Shown: positions 8,129-16,689 of the stretch, in pieces
Position numbering within the stretch: position 1 is the stretch's first letter
Layout of the letters: each line of letters begins with the position of its first letter
Assembly: GCA_964014485.1 (NCBI GenBank)
Contig: CAXHAT010000102.1
Location: 1-27,262, forward strand
DNA from: an uncultured Deferribacteres bacterium
GTDB lineage: Bacteria > Zhuqueibacterota > Zhuqueibacteria > Zhuqueibacterales > Geothermadaptataceae
Reading direction: 5' to 3'
DNA length: 27,262 bases
Notes under the pieces: model-generated
Database searches by the model: none
Seen by the model: only the letters and a program-made list of their open reading frames with translations
What the model was told of the DNA's origin: nothing
Position numbers and translations under genes: made by a program

Positions 8129-9702
8129 TCAGAAAACAGCTCAAAGCCTTGGTTGACTGCTGGAAAAACGTTTCGATTGGCTTGGAAATCGAAACGTCGT
8201 CCGTGCGCCTGATCGCTTTGCAAAAAACCTGGAGCGGTCTTGCCCTGATCGCAAACGATGAAGCAGGGATTCAACCGCCTGGCGATCGGGCCGCGACCGT
8301 CGCCGCGACAAATCAGTTGGTCGTCAAGCATCGTTTAAATGGCGCCGACACAGCGTTGCACCTTGGATGGCCGCTCATCCGGTTCTGCGCATCAGAAGCC
8401 CCCGTTATGCCCGAAGGCGAAATAAACGACTGGCTGCAAGCGCACGCCGCGTCCTTCCTGCCGCCGCATCTCAGCGTCGATGAATTCGCCTTTTCAGCGC
8501 ATGTCGTTTCCGAGGATGAAAATCGTCAAAAGCTGCTCATTGCCTACGCTTCCAGGCGTGCAATCGAAGAGCGGCTCGAGATCGTGCGAAAAGCGGGACT
8601 GCGCCCGGCAATGGTTGGCGCAGGGCGGCTTGATTTGGCGCATCTTGCGGCGATGGTGGAAGCCGATTTTCTGGACGCCGAGAAAACCTTGGCTTGCATT
8701 GGCGAAAACGACTTGTCGCTCATAAAAACTCGCAACGGACGTCCAGCAATCTGCTCTGAAGCGCGTCTCGAAAACGTCAAGGTTGTTGAACCGGCGCTTG
8801 TCGGCGTGAACAAAGCCGGATTTTCTAACGACGTCTCAGTAAGCCGTTTACAGCGAAATTTTCTAAGGCTGCGCGGCGATCTTTTGGGAAACGACGGCGC
8901 CGCAACCAATGACGCGGCCGTTGTTTAGGGCGATCAGGCTGAGTCCTTGCAAGAGAGGTCCGTCGAAAACGGTGACCAAAGCTTTTTTTCTGCAGGTAAA
9001 ACATCCTTCGAAAATCTTCGAAACGCCAAAACAAGATCTTCGGCAAGCGTCAAACCAAAACACGCCTTTGCGCTTGTTCTGGCGCTGAAGAAGTTTCTGC
9101 CCGGGTTGTGCGACATCGATTTTCTTCCGGAATCCGAGAGAATTGCACTACGGAAGGCGCGCGAGAAGAATCGCGTCGTTTCGATGATTCTGTTTCTCGG
9201 CGCCCTGTTCTTAACGATTATTGTTCTCCTGAACATCGCGCTTCATCGAAAAAACGATCGCCTGCACGAGTTGGAAGCGCGCATTCTGGCCGCCGGAAAC
9301 GTCGTCGCCGCGCAAGAACGGTTACAGACGGAGAGCTTGAAGCTGGCAAAGGCACTCAACGAAATGCAGGCTCTGGTGCATCATCGCAGCCGTTTCGCCG
9401 CCGTTATGCAAGAAATCGCCGCATCAATTCCGGCGCGCGTCTGGCTGGAAGATATTGAGATCAAACTGGCCAAAAATCGGCATGCACATATCAAAACAAT
9501 CACGCTGGATCTGCGCGGCTGGGCGCCGGACGAACGCGACTTGGCCCAACTCCTGAAAAACCTGGAAGCGTCGCCAGGCTTTGATGAAATTGCTCTTATG
9601 GCGACGCGCCGTTTATCCCCCGAAGAAGTTTTCAAACGCAGTAAGCTTCGCAAAACGCGCTTGATGCACTTTACGATCAAAACGGGAGTTGTCGCGCCAT
9701 GA
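8125..9702 (+). pseudogene. PilM-PilN (GspL-like) fusion interrupted by an in-frame TAG at 8926-8928
   Basis: ORFs 8125-8928 and 8947-9702 share a frame. PilM-like start (IGLEIETSSVRLI; AGLRP), PilM-like end (ALVLAL), then PilN features (IDFLP, TM helix, IAASIPARVWL, LKNLEASPGF). Confidence 0.75.
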
Positions 9703-10304
9703 ATCTTAATCGACTGACCATGCTTTTTGAAATGTACCGCTGGCGAATTTATGGCGGACTTTTCGGTCTGCTCTTGCTCTTCACCATAGCTGAAAGCGCA
9801 GCGCCGCTACAACAAGAGCTTGCTGAAATCGATGAGCAGATTAACCGACTTGAAAGACAATTATCCATCGCCGCAATTGCGCCAAACGAGGAGCAAACGA
9901 CACAAACGCTCGACAGCTTGCGCGTTCGTATTCGGAATCTGACTTTTGCCGAAAGTAATAAGACGCGGATTTCTCGCATCGTGGCGCTGCTCAACGCCGC
10001 GGCGGAAACGTATCAAATCGAGATTCAGACCATTGAACCCAACGAACCGACGGCATTGGTGCGGCATGTGGAATTGTCGATGACGCTGAGGCTCGTCGGA
10101 CGTTACCACAATCTCGGACGCTTCGTCAACGCCCTCGAAACCGGCGAGCTGATCATCAAAACGCATTCACTCAAAGCCTTGGCTCCGGAAATGGTCTCGT
10201 CAAAGCTCAAAATCGAATTGAAAGTCATTGTTTATCTTTTGAAATCTGAAACGGGCGTGTTTGAAAGGCAAAATGATGGAAGTCAAAATCATGAATTGTT
10301 CTGA
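9699..10304 (+). CDS. PilO/GspM-like inner-membrane platform protein
   Basis: N-terminal TM, coiled coil, LRLVGRYHNLGRFVNALE (PilO-type motif). ATGA overlap with the upstream gene. Confidence 0.8.
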   Translation: MNLNRLTMLFEMYRWRIYGGLFGLLLLFTIAESAAPLQQELAEIDEQINRLERQLSIAAIAPNEEQTTQTLDSLRVRIRNLTFAESNKTRISRIVALLNAAAETYQIEIQTIEPNEPTALVRHVELSMTLRLVGRYHNLGRFVNALETGELIIKTHSLKALAPEMVSSKLKIELKVIVYLLKSETGVFERQNDGSQNHELF

Positions 10305-10315
10305 CTTCCATCATT
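10272..10315. repeat. 14-bp perfect inverted repeat overlapping the pilO-like stop
   Basis: AATGATGGAAGTCA-N16-TGACTTCCATCATT. Confidence 0.75.
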
Positions 10316-10346
10316 CTGACTGAAAAAATATTCCACGGAATAAGCA

Positions 10347-10820
10347 ATGAATAGAAAAAAAATACAAATCGGCGTTCTCTTGTTGGTCGCCGCCGCTGTT
10401 TGGGGCAATAATCTCTATCGCATTTTCACCGGCGTTTTCCAGGCCGACGAAGTTCCGACTGCGGTTGAAACGTCCATGAAACCGTCTGCAAAACCATTCG
10501 CCGCCGCACATGCCGATACGCAAAAGTTCGTCTACGCCGCATCCGTGCGCGATCCTTTCGCGCACCGTCTGGCATCGCCAAAGAAAAAAGCGGCGGCGCC
10601 CAAGCGCAAACCGCCGTCCGCGCCGGTCGTTTTGCCAAAGCTGCGGCTGAACGGCGTCATTCGCGACGACGACGGCGTGCTGGCGATTATTGAAACTGCA
10701 AGCGCCGTTCTATTCGCGCGAAAAGGCGACATGATCGACGACGTGAGTATCGTCCGGATCGACAGCGGGCGCGTCGAACTGCGGTTTAAAAGAAAAACCT
10801 TTTTCCTGGAGATGCGATGA
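10347..10820 (+). CDS. PilP/GspC-like protein
   Basis: N-terminal TM, RDPF motif, Pro/Lys linker, LRLNGVI..AII..GD.I..V.IVRI domain. Confidence 0.75.
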   Translation: MNRKKIQIGVLLLVAAAVWGNNLYRIFTGVFQADEVPTAVETSMKPSAKPFAAAHADTQKFVYAASVRDPFAHRLASPKKKAAAPKRKPPSAPVVLPKLRLNGVIRDDDGVLAIIETASAVLFARKGDMIDDVSIVRIDSGRVELRFKRKTFFLEMR

Positions 10821-12217
10821 CGTTTGGCAACATTTCAAACTACGATCTCCGGCGACTTCGCGCCCAAAGGATCAAAAGAAGGGAAGGCTCTGCGCTGGTA
10901 ATCGTGCTGGCTTTGACGACTTTTATCACCACCGTCATCGGCGTCTTGCTGCTCGCGTTTCGCTGGCAAATCGGCGCGATTCAAAACGAAGTCGACGCAG
11001 CGCAGGCGCTCTGTCTCGCCGAAGCCGCCGTCCACAAAGCCTTGTGGCGGCTTTCCGGCAACGGCGGCTTTGATCATCATTGGCGAGCGCAAAAAGAAAC
11101 CATTGAATTGTTCGGTGAAAAAAATGCGCAAGTGAGCATCGACCGTTGGGGAGCGTTTCTGCGTATTTTCGTTGAAGTCGAACACAAAAAACAGCGACGC
11201 GTCGTGCAAACGCTGGTCGGACAAAAGCCGCCGACGGAATTGCGCACCGCCGTGCATGTCACGCGGTCGTCCTACCCGCTCGTTCTTGTCGGCAAGACGC
11301 GCTTGAGCGGGGACGTGCTCGCGGGCAAGCAGGGCGTCAAACCGGGCTGGATCAAGGGGCGCGGCTTTGCCGGGGAAACGCTGGTGAACGGGCGCGTCCT
11401 GCGGCAGGAAAAACCGGCGCCGCCGTTTCTCGATGCTGCTCCTGTGCGGGAACTGGTTGAAAAATATCAAAACCGGCTTTCGCATCACGCCGGAACGCAG
11501 ATTTTCGAGAGCGTCTCGTTCAGCGATTCTCTATCCGCGGATTCGCTTTTTGTGCATGGCGATCTCACGTTGACAATGAACGAAAAATCGTTTGTGCCTA
11601 CGCAGAATTTTATCGCGGCTTCGGGCAATGTCAGTATAGGCGGCGAAACGCGCCTGGGAGAATTTTCTGAGATCGTCTGCGGCGGCAGAGCAATCGTTCG
11701 CGGGTACGTCCGCCTGCAAAACGTAATCATTTACGCTGAAAAAGGCGTCGAAATTTCGGGAAGCGCCGTCGTGAGCGGCCAGATTTTCAGCCCGGTGGAC
11801 ATCGTTATTTCAGAGCGCGCGGAACTGCGCTATCCGAGTTTGATCTGGCGATTCAAAAACGAAACTGACGGCGGCGAAGTCGTAGTGACGGGGCAAGCCG
11901 TTGTGCGCGGAACCGTGATCGCGCATTCAATAGCGTCATCCGAGCAATCATCAAAAAGCAAATTGGATATCCGCATCGATAAAAACGCGCGTTTGCTCGG
12001 CAGGGCCATTGCATCAGGAGCGGTCGTCCCGGTCGGCGAAATCATCGGCGGTGTCACGACCAACGAGTTCACGCTCTACGTCCGCCCGACGACGTACCAC
12101 AACTACCTGCTCGACGCCGTGATCGATTATAAAAAGCTGCCGCAAGAATTCTTACTGCCGGTCGTGTTCTCGGAATCCCCGAAGCTGGACGTTATCTCGT
12201 GGAGGATGACAAAATGA
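10817..12217 (+). CDS. Large PilX/GspK-like minor pilin
   Basis: RREG/SALVIVL class III signal lacking Glu5, then A..LAEAA. The long C-terminal region is rich in V/I-x-G repeats. Confidence 0.7.
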   Translation: MTFGNISNYDLRRLRAQRIKRREGSALVIVLALTTFITTVIGVLLLAFRWQIGAIQNEVDAAQALCLAEAAVHKALWRLSGNGGFDHHWRAQKETIELFGEKNAQVSIDRWGAFLRIFVEVEHKKQRRVVQTLVGQKPPTELRTAVHVTRSSYPLVLVGKTRLSGDVLAGKQGVKPGWIKGRGFAGETLVNGRVLRQEKPAPPFLDAAPVRELVEKYQNRLSHHAGTQIFESVSFSDSLSADSLFVHGDLTLTMNEKSFVPTQNFIAASGNVSIGGETRLGEFSEIVCGGRAIVRGYVRLQNVIIYAEKGVEISGSAVVSGQIFSPVDIVISERAELRYPSLIWRFKNETDGGEVVVTGQAVVRGTVIAHSIASSEQSSKSKLDIRIDKNARLLGRAIASGAVVPVGEIIGGVTTNEFTLYVRPTTYHNYLLDAVIDYKKLPQEFLLPVVFSESPKLDVISWRMTK

Positions 12218-12681
12218 AAATTGTGAGCTTATCGGAATCCGCTTCGGACGCGAAGCGGCGCCTGATTCCCCCTTTGAAGGGGGTCAGGGGGATGTTTCGC
12301 GCCGGCGGCAAAAAACAAAAAGCCTTTTCACAAGCCGGTTACACCCTCGTCGAAGCCGTCGTTGCCGGAGCGTTGCTGCTCGCCGTGCTCTTGCCGGCAA
12401 CTTTGTTTCTTGGACGCTTTGCTATGAGCCGCCACGCAGAACACCGCCTCGGCGCCGCCAATCTGGCGCAATCGGAAATGGAAAACGCCTGCGCTACGCG
12501 TGCCTTCGAAAACGAAGACAAACGCGTGATCTTAAATAACAAAACCTGGCGCATCGAGCGCGTGATTCATGATGAATTTGAGCTGATTACCATTGAAATT
12601 CGTGTCTTTAAACCGCCGAGCCCCAAACCCCTCGCACGATTGCAAACGATGCGGTTTCAGCAGAGCGGCAGGATGAAATGA
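12214..12681 (+). CDS. Minor pilin/pseudopilin (PilV/GspI-like)
   Basis: QAG/YTLVEAVVA prepilin motif. ATGA-coupled start at 12214; alternative ATG at 12292. Confidence 0.8.
   Translation: MKIVSLSESASDAKRRLIPPLKGVRGMFRAGGKKQKAFSQAGYTLVEAVVAGALLLAVLLPATLFLGRFAMSRHAEHRLGAANLAQSEMENACATRAFENEDKRVILNNKTWRIERVIHDEFELITIEIRVFKPPSPKPLARLQTMRFQQSGRMK
12265..12295. repeat. REP-like palindromic unit inside the prepilin leader
   Basis: ATTCCCCCTTTGAAGGGGGTCAGGGGGATGT (CCCCCTT-TG-AAGGGGG hairpin plus a G-rich tail). Confidence 0.6.
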
Positions 12682-12753
12682 TGGAGTGTTGGACTGGTGG
12701 AATAATGGATTTATGGCGTTCTGGCGTTCAACAATCCAATATTCCATGACTCC
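12682..12753. repeat. Octamer-periodic imperfect palindrome (GGAnnnnT)n...(AnnnnTCC)n
   Basis: GGAGTGTT GGACTGGT GGAATAAT GGATTT...AATCCAATATTCCATGACTCC. A related half-copy lies at 20585-20618. Confidence 0.65.
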
Positions 12754-12779
12754 GTTTCAAAAGCTGAAAAGGACATCCT

Positions 12780-13361
12780 ATGGCGGGACAATCCGAACAA
12801 CGTGCGAGCAACGCAGGCTTTACACTCACAGAGTTGCTGGTCGCGATGCAGCTAGTGTTTCTTGTCGCCGCGCTGGCTTTCGGCGTCTGGCATTTCGGGT
12901 TGCAATGGAGCCAGAAATGGCGGCAAAAAGTTGCGCTCGAAAACGCGGCGCTGGTTTGTTCTGCGGCCCTTGCGAACGATCTACTGAAAACGGCTGTTAT
13001 CGAAACCGCAAAAAATGCTGAAATCACCGTGATCGATGCAGACGGCGAGCGCGTCACATGGCTTCTGCGGCAAAACATTCTGGTGCGCAACGACAAGCCG
13101 CTGCAGTTCGAAAGCGTCAACTTCGAGCGGTTGATCTTGCGATACTTTATTGAAGATAAATCGCAGTTCGTTGTTGATAACGCGCCGAAACCGTTGCTAG
13201 AAATCGAGCCGGAATTCGTGGAGCAAGCGACGAGCGTTTTAGTGGTCTCGTTCGAATTGAGGATAAGCTTTCCGAAGAACAAAAAAAATGCCATCAAACG
13301 CACCATCAGCCTGCGCAACCGCACCGTCGCTGAAATGAACAAAAAACTAAAATCATTTTGA
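12780..13361 (+). CDS. Minor pilin/pseudopilin (PilW/GspJ-like)
   Basis: NAG/FTLTELLVAM prepilin motif followed by a hydrophobic helix. Confidence 0.8.
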   Translation: MAGQSEQRASNAGFTLTELLVAMQLVFLVAALAFGVWHFGLQWSQKWRQKVALENAALVCSAALANDLLKTAVIETAKNAEITVIDADGERVTWLLRQNILVRNDKPLQFESVNFERLILRYFIEDKSQFVVDNAPKPLLEIEPEFVEQATSVLVVSFELRISFPKNKKNAIKRTISLRNRTVAEMNKKLKSF

Positions 13362-13383
13362 CTCCCGTTATTTTGTCAAAAAA

Positions 13384-14532
13384 ATGCCGACGACTGCCCA
13401 AATTCAAAAAGCCCTGAAACAGCGCCAAAAAGCGAAGCGCCGAGTTGAAACGAGCGCAGCTATTCTGCAAGAAATACAAAAACTCGACTTTCGCCGCACC
13501 GCAACTCCCAGAGACGTCGCTGATTTCACGCGACAGCTCGCCACTATGATCGCCGCCAAACTGCCGCTGCTGCGCTCTCTCAACTTGCTTGCCGCGCAGC
13601 AAAAACGCCCTGGTTTTCAAGCGCTTTTGCGAGAAATCGCCAGAGCCGTCAGACAGGGATCGAGCCTGAGCGACGCTTTAGCCGGAAATGAACGCGTCTT
13701 CGATGCGATGTATGCCAACATCGTGCGCGTCGGCGAAGCGACCGGCAGGCTCGACGCCATGTTGCTGGAACTCTCGGACTATCTTGAAAAAATGACTGCG
13801 CTCAAACGCAAATTGCTGACGGCCATGGCTTACCCCGCCATGATTCTCGTCATTGCAAGCGGCGCGCTCGGCTTTCTCATTTTCGGCGTGCTGCCGACGT
13901 TTACCGATCTGTTTCGCGACTTTGGCGCCGAACTGCCGACGCCGACGAAAATCCTTTTGTCCGTCAGCGACTTCGCTTCCGAAAACGCGCTTATCATTTT
14001 CATCGGCTTTTTACTCTTGGGCGTCTTGCTTCGCCGTATCGTGCGTACCGAAAAAGGCCGTTACGGGTTCGACTGGCTCAAACTGAAAATCCCGATTATC
14101 AGCGGCGTCATCAAAAAAATTCTGCTCGCCCGCTTCGCACGAACTTTGGCGACTTTGCTCCACAGCGGCGTTTCTCTTCTTGAAGCGCTGTCGATCACGG
14201 AAAAATCCGTCGACAACGTGCATTTCCGCCGCGAAATCACGGCGATGCAAAAATCGGCGGAGCGCGGCGAGCCGTTGGAGCATGCGCTGCAGCGATCCAA
14301 GCTCTTCCCGATGCTCGTTGTGCAAATGCTCGCCGTCGGCGAAGAGACCGCCGCTTTGCCGGAACTCCTGCGCAAAACCGCCGCCTTTTACGAAGCGGAA
14401 GCCGACGCGGCCATTGACGCGCTGACCTCGCTGATCGAACCGGCCATCATCGTCATCCTCGGCCTCGTCCTCGGCGGCGCCATGCTCGCGATTTATTTGC
14501 AAATCTTTGAACTTATGAATGTGGTGGGGTGA
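13384..14532 (+). CDS. gspF: GspF/PilC inner-membrane platform protein
   Basis: FTRQLATMI.A.LPL, G.SLSDAL, VGEATGRLD, YPA, ELPTPTK, VGEET and IEPAIIV motifs. Confidence 0.95.
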   Translation: MPTTAQIQKALKQRQKAKRRVETSAAILQEIQKLDFRRTATPRDVADFTRQLATMIAAKLPLLRSLNLLAAQQKRPGFQALLREIARAVRQGSSLSDALAGNERVFDAMYANIVRVGEATGRLDAMLLELSDYLEKMTALKRKLLTAMAYPAMILVIASGALGFLIFGVLPTFTDLFRDFGAELPTPTKILLSVSDFASENALIIFIGFLLLGVLLRRIVRTEKGRYGFDWLKLKIPIISGVIKKILLARFARTLATLLHSGVSLLEALSITEKSVDNVHFRREITAMQKSAERGEPLEHALQRSKLFPMLVVQMLAVGEETAALPELLRKTAAFYEAEADAAIDALTSLIEPAIIVILGLVLGGAMLAIYLQIFELMNVVG

Positions 14533-14623
14533 GAATGAAAAGAGAAACTGGAAGCTGGAAATATGATGTCTCAGTCTCCATAAACAGCAATCAAATTTCA
14601 ACCGCCAACTCAAGGAGATCCAG

Positions 14624-15043
14624 ATGACCATCAAACGCCAATCCTTGACCCGTCGTCAAGACGGCTTCAGCCTGACCGAACTGCTCGTTGTCATCGTCAT
14701 CATTGGCATTCTCGCTGCTCTGGCGATTCCGCGCTTTCTGAGCGTGACTTCCCGCGCCAAGATGACCGAAGCAAAGCTGGCCTTGAGCCAACTGCACAGC
14801 TTGCAGCAAGCCTACGCGCTTGAACACGACGTCTACGCCGAAACCCTGGACGCCCTCGGCTTCGAGCAAACCGCACTCATTACTGACGGCGGCACGGCGC
14901 GCTACCGAATCGCCATAACTCAGGCAAGCGCAACCGAATATGTCGCAACGGCGACAGCCGTGGTTGACTTCGACAAGGATGGAACCTTCAACGTCTGGCA
15001 AATCGACCAGGTCGGCAAGCTCAAACAAAGCATCGCGGACTGA
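14624..15043 (+). CDS. Major pilin/pseudopilin
   Basis: QDG/FSLTELLVVIVIIGILAALAIP with strong RBS AAGGAG. C-terminal ATATAVVDFDKDGTFNVWQID, as recalled for Bacteroidota-type T2SS pseudopilins. Confidence 0.9.
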   Translation: MTIKRQSLTRRQDGFSLTELLVVIVIIGILAALAIPRFLSVTSRAKMTEAKLALSQLHSLQQAYALEHDVYAETLDALGFEQTALITDGGTARYRIAITQASATEYVATATAVVDFDKDGTFNVWQIDQVGKLKQSIAD

Positions 15044-15044
15044 C

Positions 15045-15548
15045 ATGAATCCGTTTACTGTTTACGGTTTGCAACTCACGGATTTGATCGTCATTGCTCT
15101 AATGATCGCAGTCGCTGCGGTCGATTGTAAAAAAAGAATCATCCCCGATTCGTTGGTGCTTGGAGTAGCGCTGACAGCATTACTCGATCTGATCTTGAAG
15201 CCGGAAAAAACGTGGCTGGCCTTGCTTTGGGGCGGAATTGCGGGGTTCGGCGCCCTCGCCTTGCCTGCCTTGCTGTATCGCATGGCCAAAAAACGCGACG
15301 GCCTCGGCATGGGTGATCTAAAATTCGCTGCAGCCCTCGGACTCTGGCTTAGCTGGCTGGACATTCTCGTTACTCTCTGGCTCGCCAGCCTGGCAGGCGC
15401 GGCGGTCGGATTGATTGGGCTTCGACTTGGTAAACTACATCGACATTCAAAACTGCCCTTCGGCCTGTTCATTAGCGCCGCTGCAATAATTTGGCTAATT
15501 ATAACCACAAACTTTACTCTTGATGCTGTTTCATTGATCGTGTACTGA
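15045..15548 (+). CDS. Prepilin peptidase (A24), peptidase domain only
   Basis: Catalytic D...IIPD and GMGDLK motifs plus C-terminal LPFG. No N-terminal CxxC methylase domain. Confidence 0.85.
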   Translation: MNPFTVYGLQLTDLIVIALMIAVAAVDCKKRIIPDSLVLGVALTALLDLILKPEKTWLALLWGGIAGFGALALPALLYRMAKKRDGLGMGDLKFAAALGLWLSWLDILVTLWLASLAGAAVGLIGLRLGKLHRHSKLPFGLFISAAAIIWLIITTNFTLDAVSLIVY

Positions 15549-15583
15549 TTTTTCAACTTTCATCGAAAATACTCGGCAGACAG

Positions 15584-16576
15584 ATGACCGCACAAAACAA
15601 TCGCCAAGCAACTATTCTCAAACTTCCTGTTGATGAAGACAAACCATCCTTGCTTGGCGAATGCCCTGAAATCAACCGTGTTCGCAGGCGAGTCGAAAGT
15701 TTCGCCAATATAGCCGAAGCGCCGGTGCTGCTTTGCGGGGAAACCGGTACGGGCAAAGAAATCGTCGCCCGGCTCTTGCACGAAAAGAGCGATCGGCGAC
15801 AAGCAAGATTCGTGGCCGTCAACTGCGCCGCCGTGCCGACGCATCTTTGGGAAAGCGTATTTTTTGGTCATTGCAAGGGCGCCTTCACTGGCGCGACGCA
15901 AAATCAACAAGGCTATGTTGAAGCGGCACACAAAGGCACGCTCTTTCTCGACGAAATCAACGCCCTGCCACTGGAAGTGCAGCCCAAGCTGCTGCGTTTT
16001 CTCGAGAACGGCGTTTACACCCGCGTCGGCGAAACCCAAGAACGCGTATCCAGCGCACGCATCATTGCTGCGAGTAATCAGTGCTTGCCAGATTTAATCG
16101 ATCAGGGCGCATTCCGCAACGACCTCTACTTCCGACTCAACGCCTGTGAAATCACTTTGCCTCCCCTGCGTGAACGCGGCGGCGACGTCATTCTGCTTGC
16201 CGAATATTTCATCCAACGGTTTACAGAGCAAGGCGCTCAACCCAAAACGTTCTCAACGGCGGCGACAACAATCTTGCAGCAATATCTCTGGCCCGGAAAC
16301 GTGCGAGAATTGATGCACCTCGTCTACACGATAACCAAAACCGTCCGCGCGATACGTATTGAACCCAGACACTTTGCAGACAAGCTCAAGTTTGATCATG
16401 AAGATAACGTTCATCCAAAAAACAAACTGGTTCCACTGGCGGCGATTGAGAAGGAATACATCGAAAAGGTCTTGCAATACACGAACTTCAATCAACGACA
16501 AACAGCAAAAATTTTGAAGCTACATCGCAACACTCTAAAGCGAAAAATCCACTCACTTGGAATAAATTTTTCTTGA
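15584..16576 (+). CDS. Sigma54-dependent activator (AAA+ plus Fis-type HTH) without an N-terminal regulatory domain
   Basis: GETGTGKE, VNCAA, FGHCKGAFTGA, GTLFLDEI, FRNDLYFRL, WPGNVREL and a C-terminal HTH. Only about 20 aa precede the AAA+ domain. Confidence 0.92.
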   Translation: MTAQNNRQATILKLPVDEDKPSLLGECPEINRVRRRVESFANIAEAPVLLCGETGTGKEIVARLLHEKSDRRQARFVAVNCAAVPTHLWESVFFGHCKGAFTGATQNQQGYVEAAHKGTLFLDEINALPLEVQPKLLRFLENGVYTRVGETQERVSSARIIAASNQCLPDLIDQGAFRNDLYFRLNACEITLPPLRERGGDVILLAEYFIQRFTEQGAQPKTFSTAATTILQQYLWPGNVRELMHLVYTITKTVRAIRIEPRHFADKLKFDHEDNVHPKNKLVPLAAIEKEYIEKVLQYTNFNQRQTAKILKLHRNTLKRKIHSLGINFS

Positions 16577-16593
16577 TCCGGAGCAAAAAGAGT

Positions 16594-16651
16594 GCTGTGA
16601 AATGGTGCCATAATTTTGCGAAAAAGCGTGAAAATGGCTGCAAGATGGTGC
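16594..16651. promoter_or_regulatory. Tandem enhancer (UAS)-like repeats downstream of the activator
   Basis: GCTGTGAAATGGTGC (16594-16608) and GCTGCAAGATGGTGC (16637-16651): 12/15 identical, 43-bp period. Confidence 0.4.
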
Positions 16652-16689
16652 ACTTTTCCCAAACGCTTCCGCATTTTTCAGCTCTCTCA

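Noticed and set aside
8926..8928. Genome-wide TAG reassignment or pyrrolysine
   Set aside because: TAG ends the DJ-1 gene normally, the IS630 carries both TAG and TAA lesions, and no pyl genes are in the window.
12682..12753. CRISPR-like array from periodic repeats
   Set aside because: 8-nt periodicity with no spacers and no cas genes.
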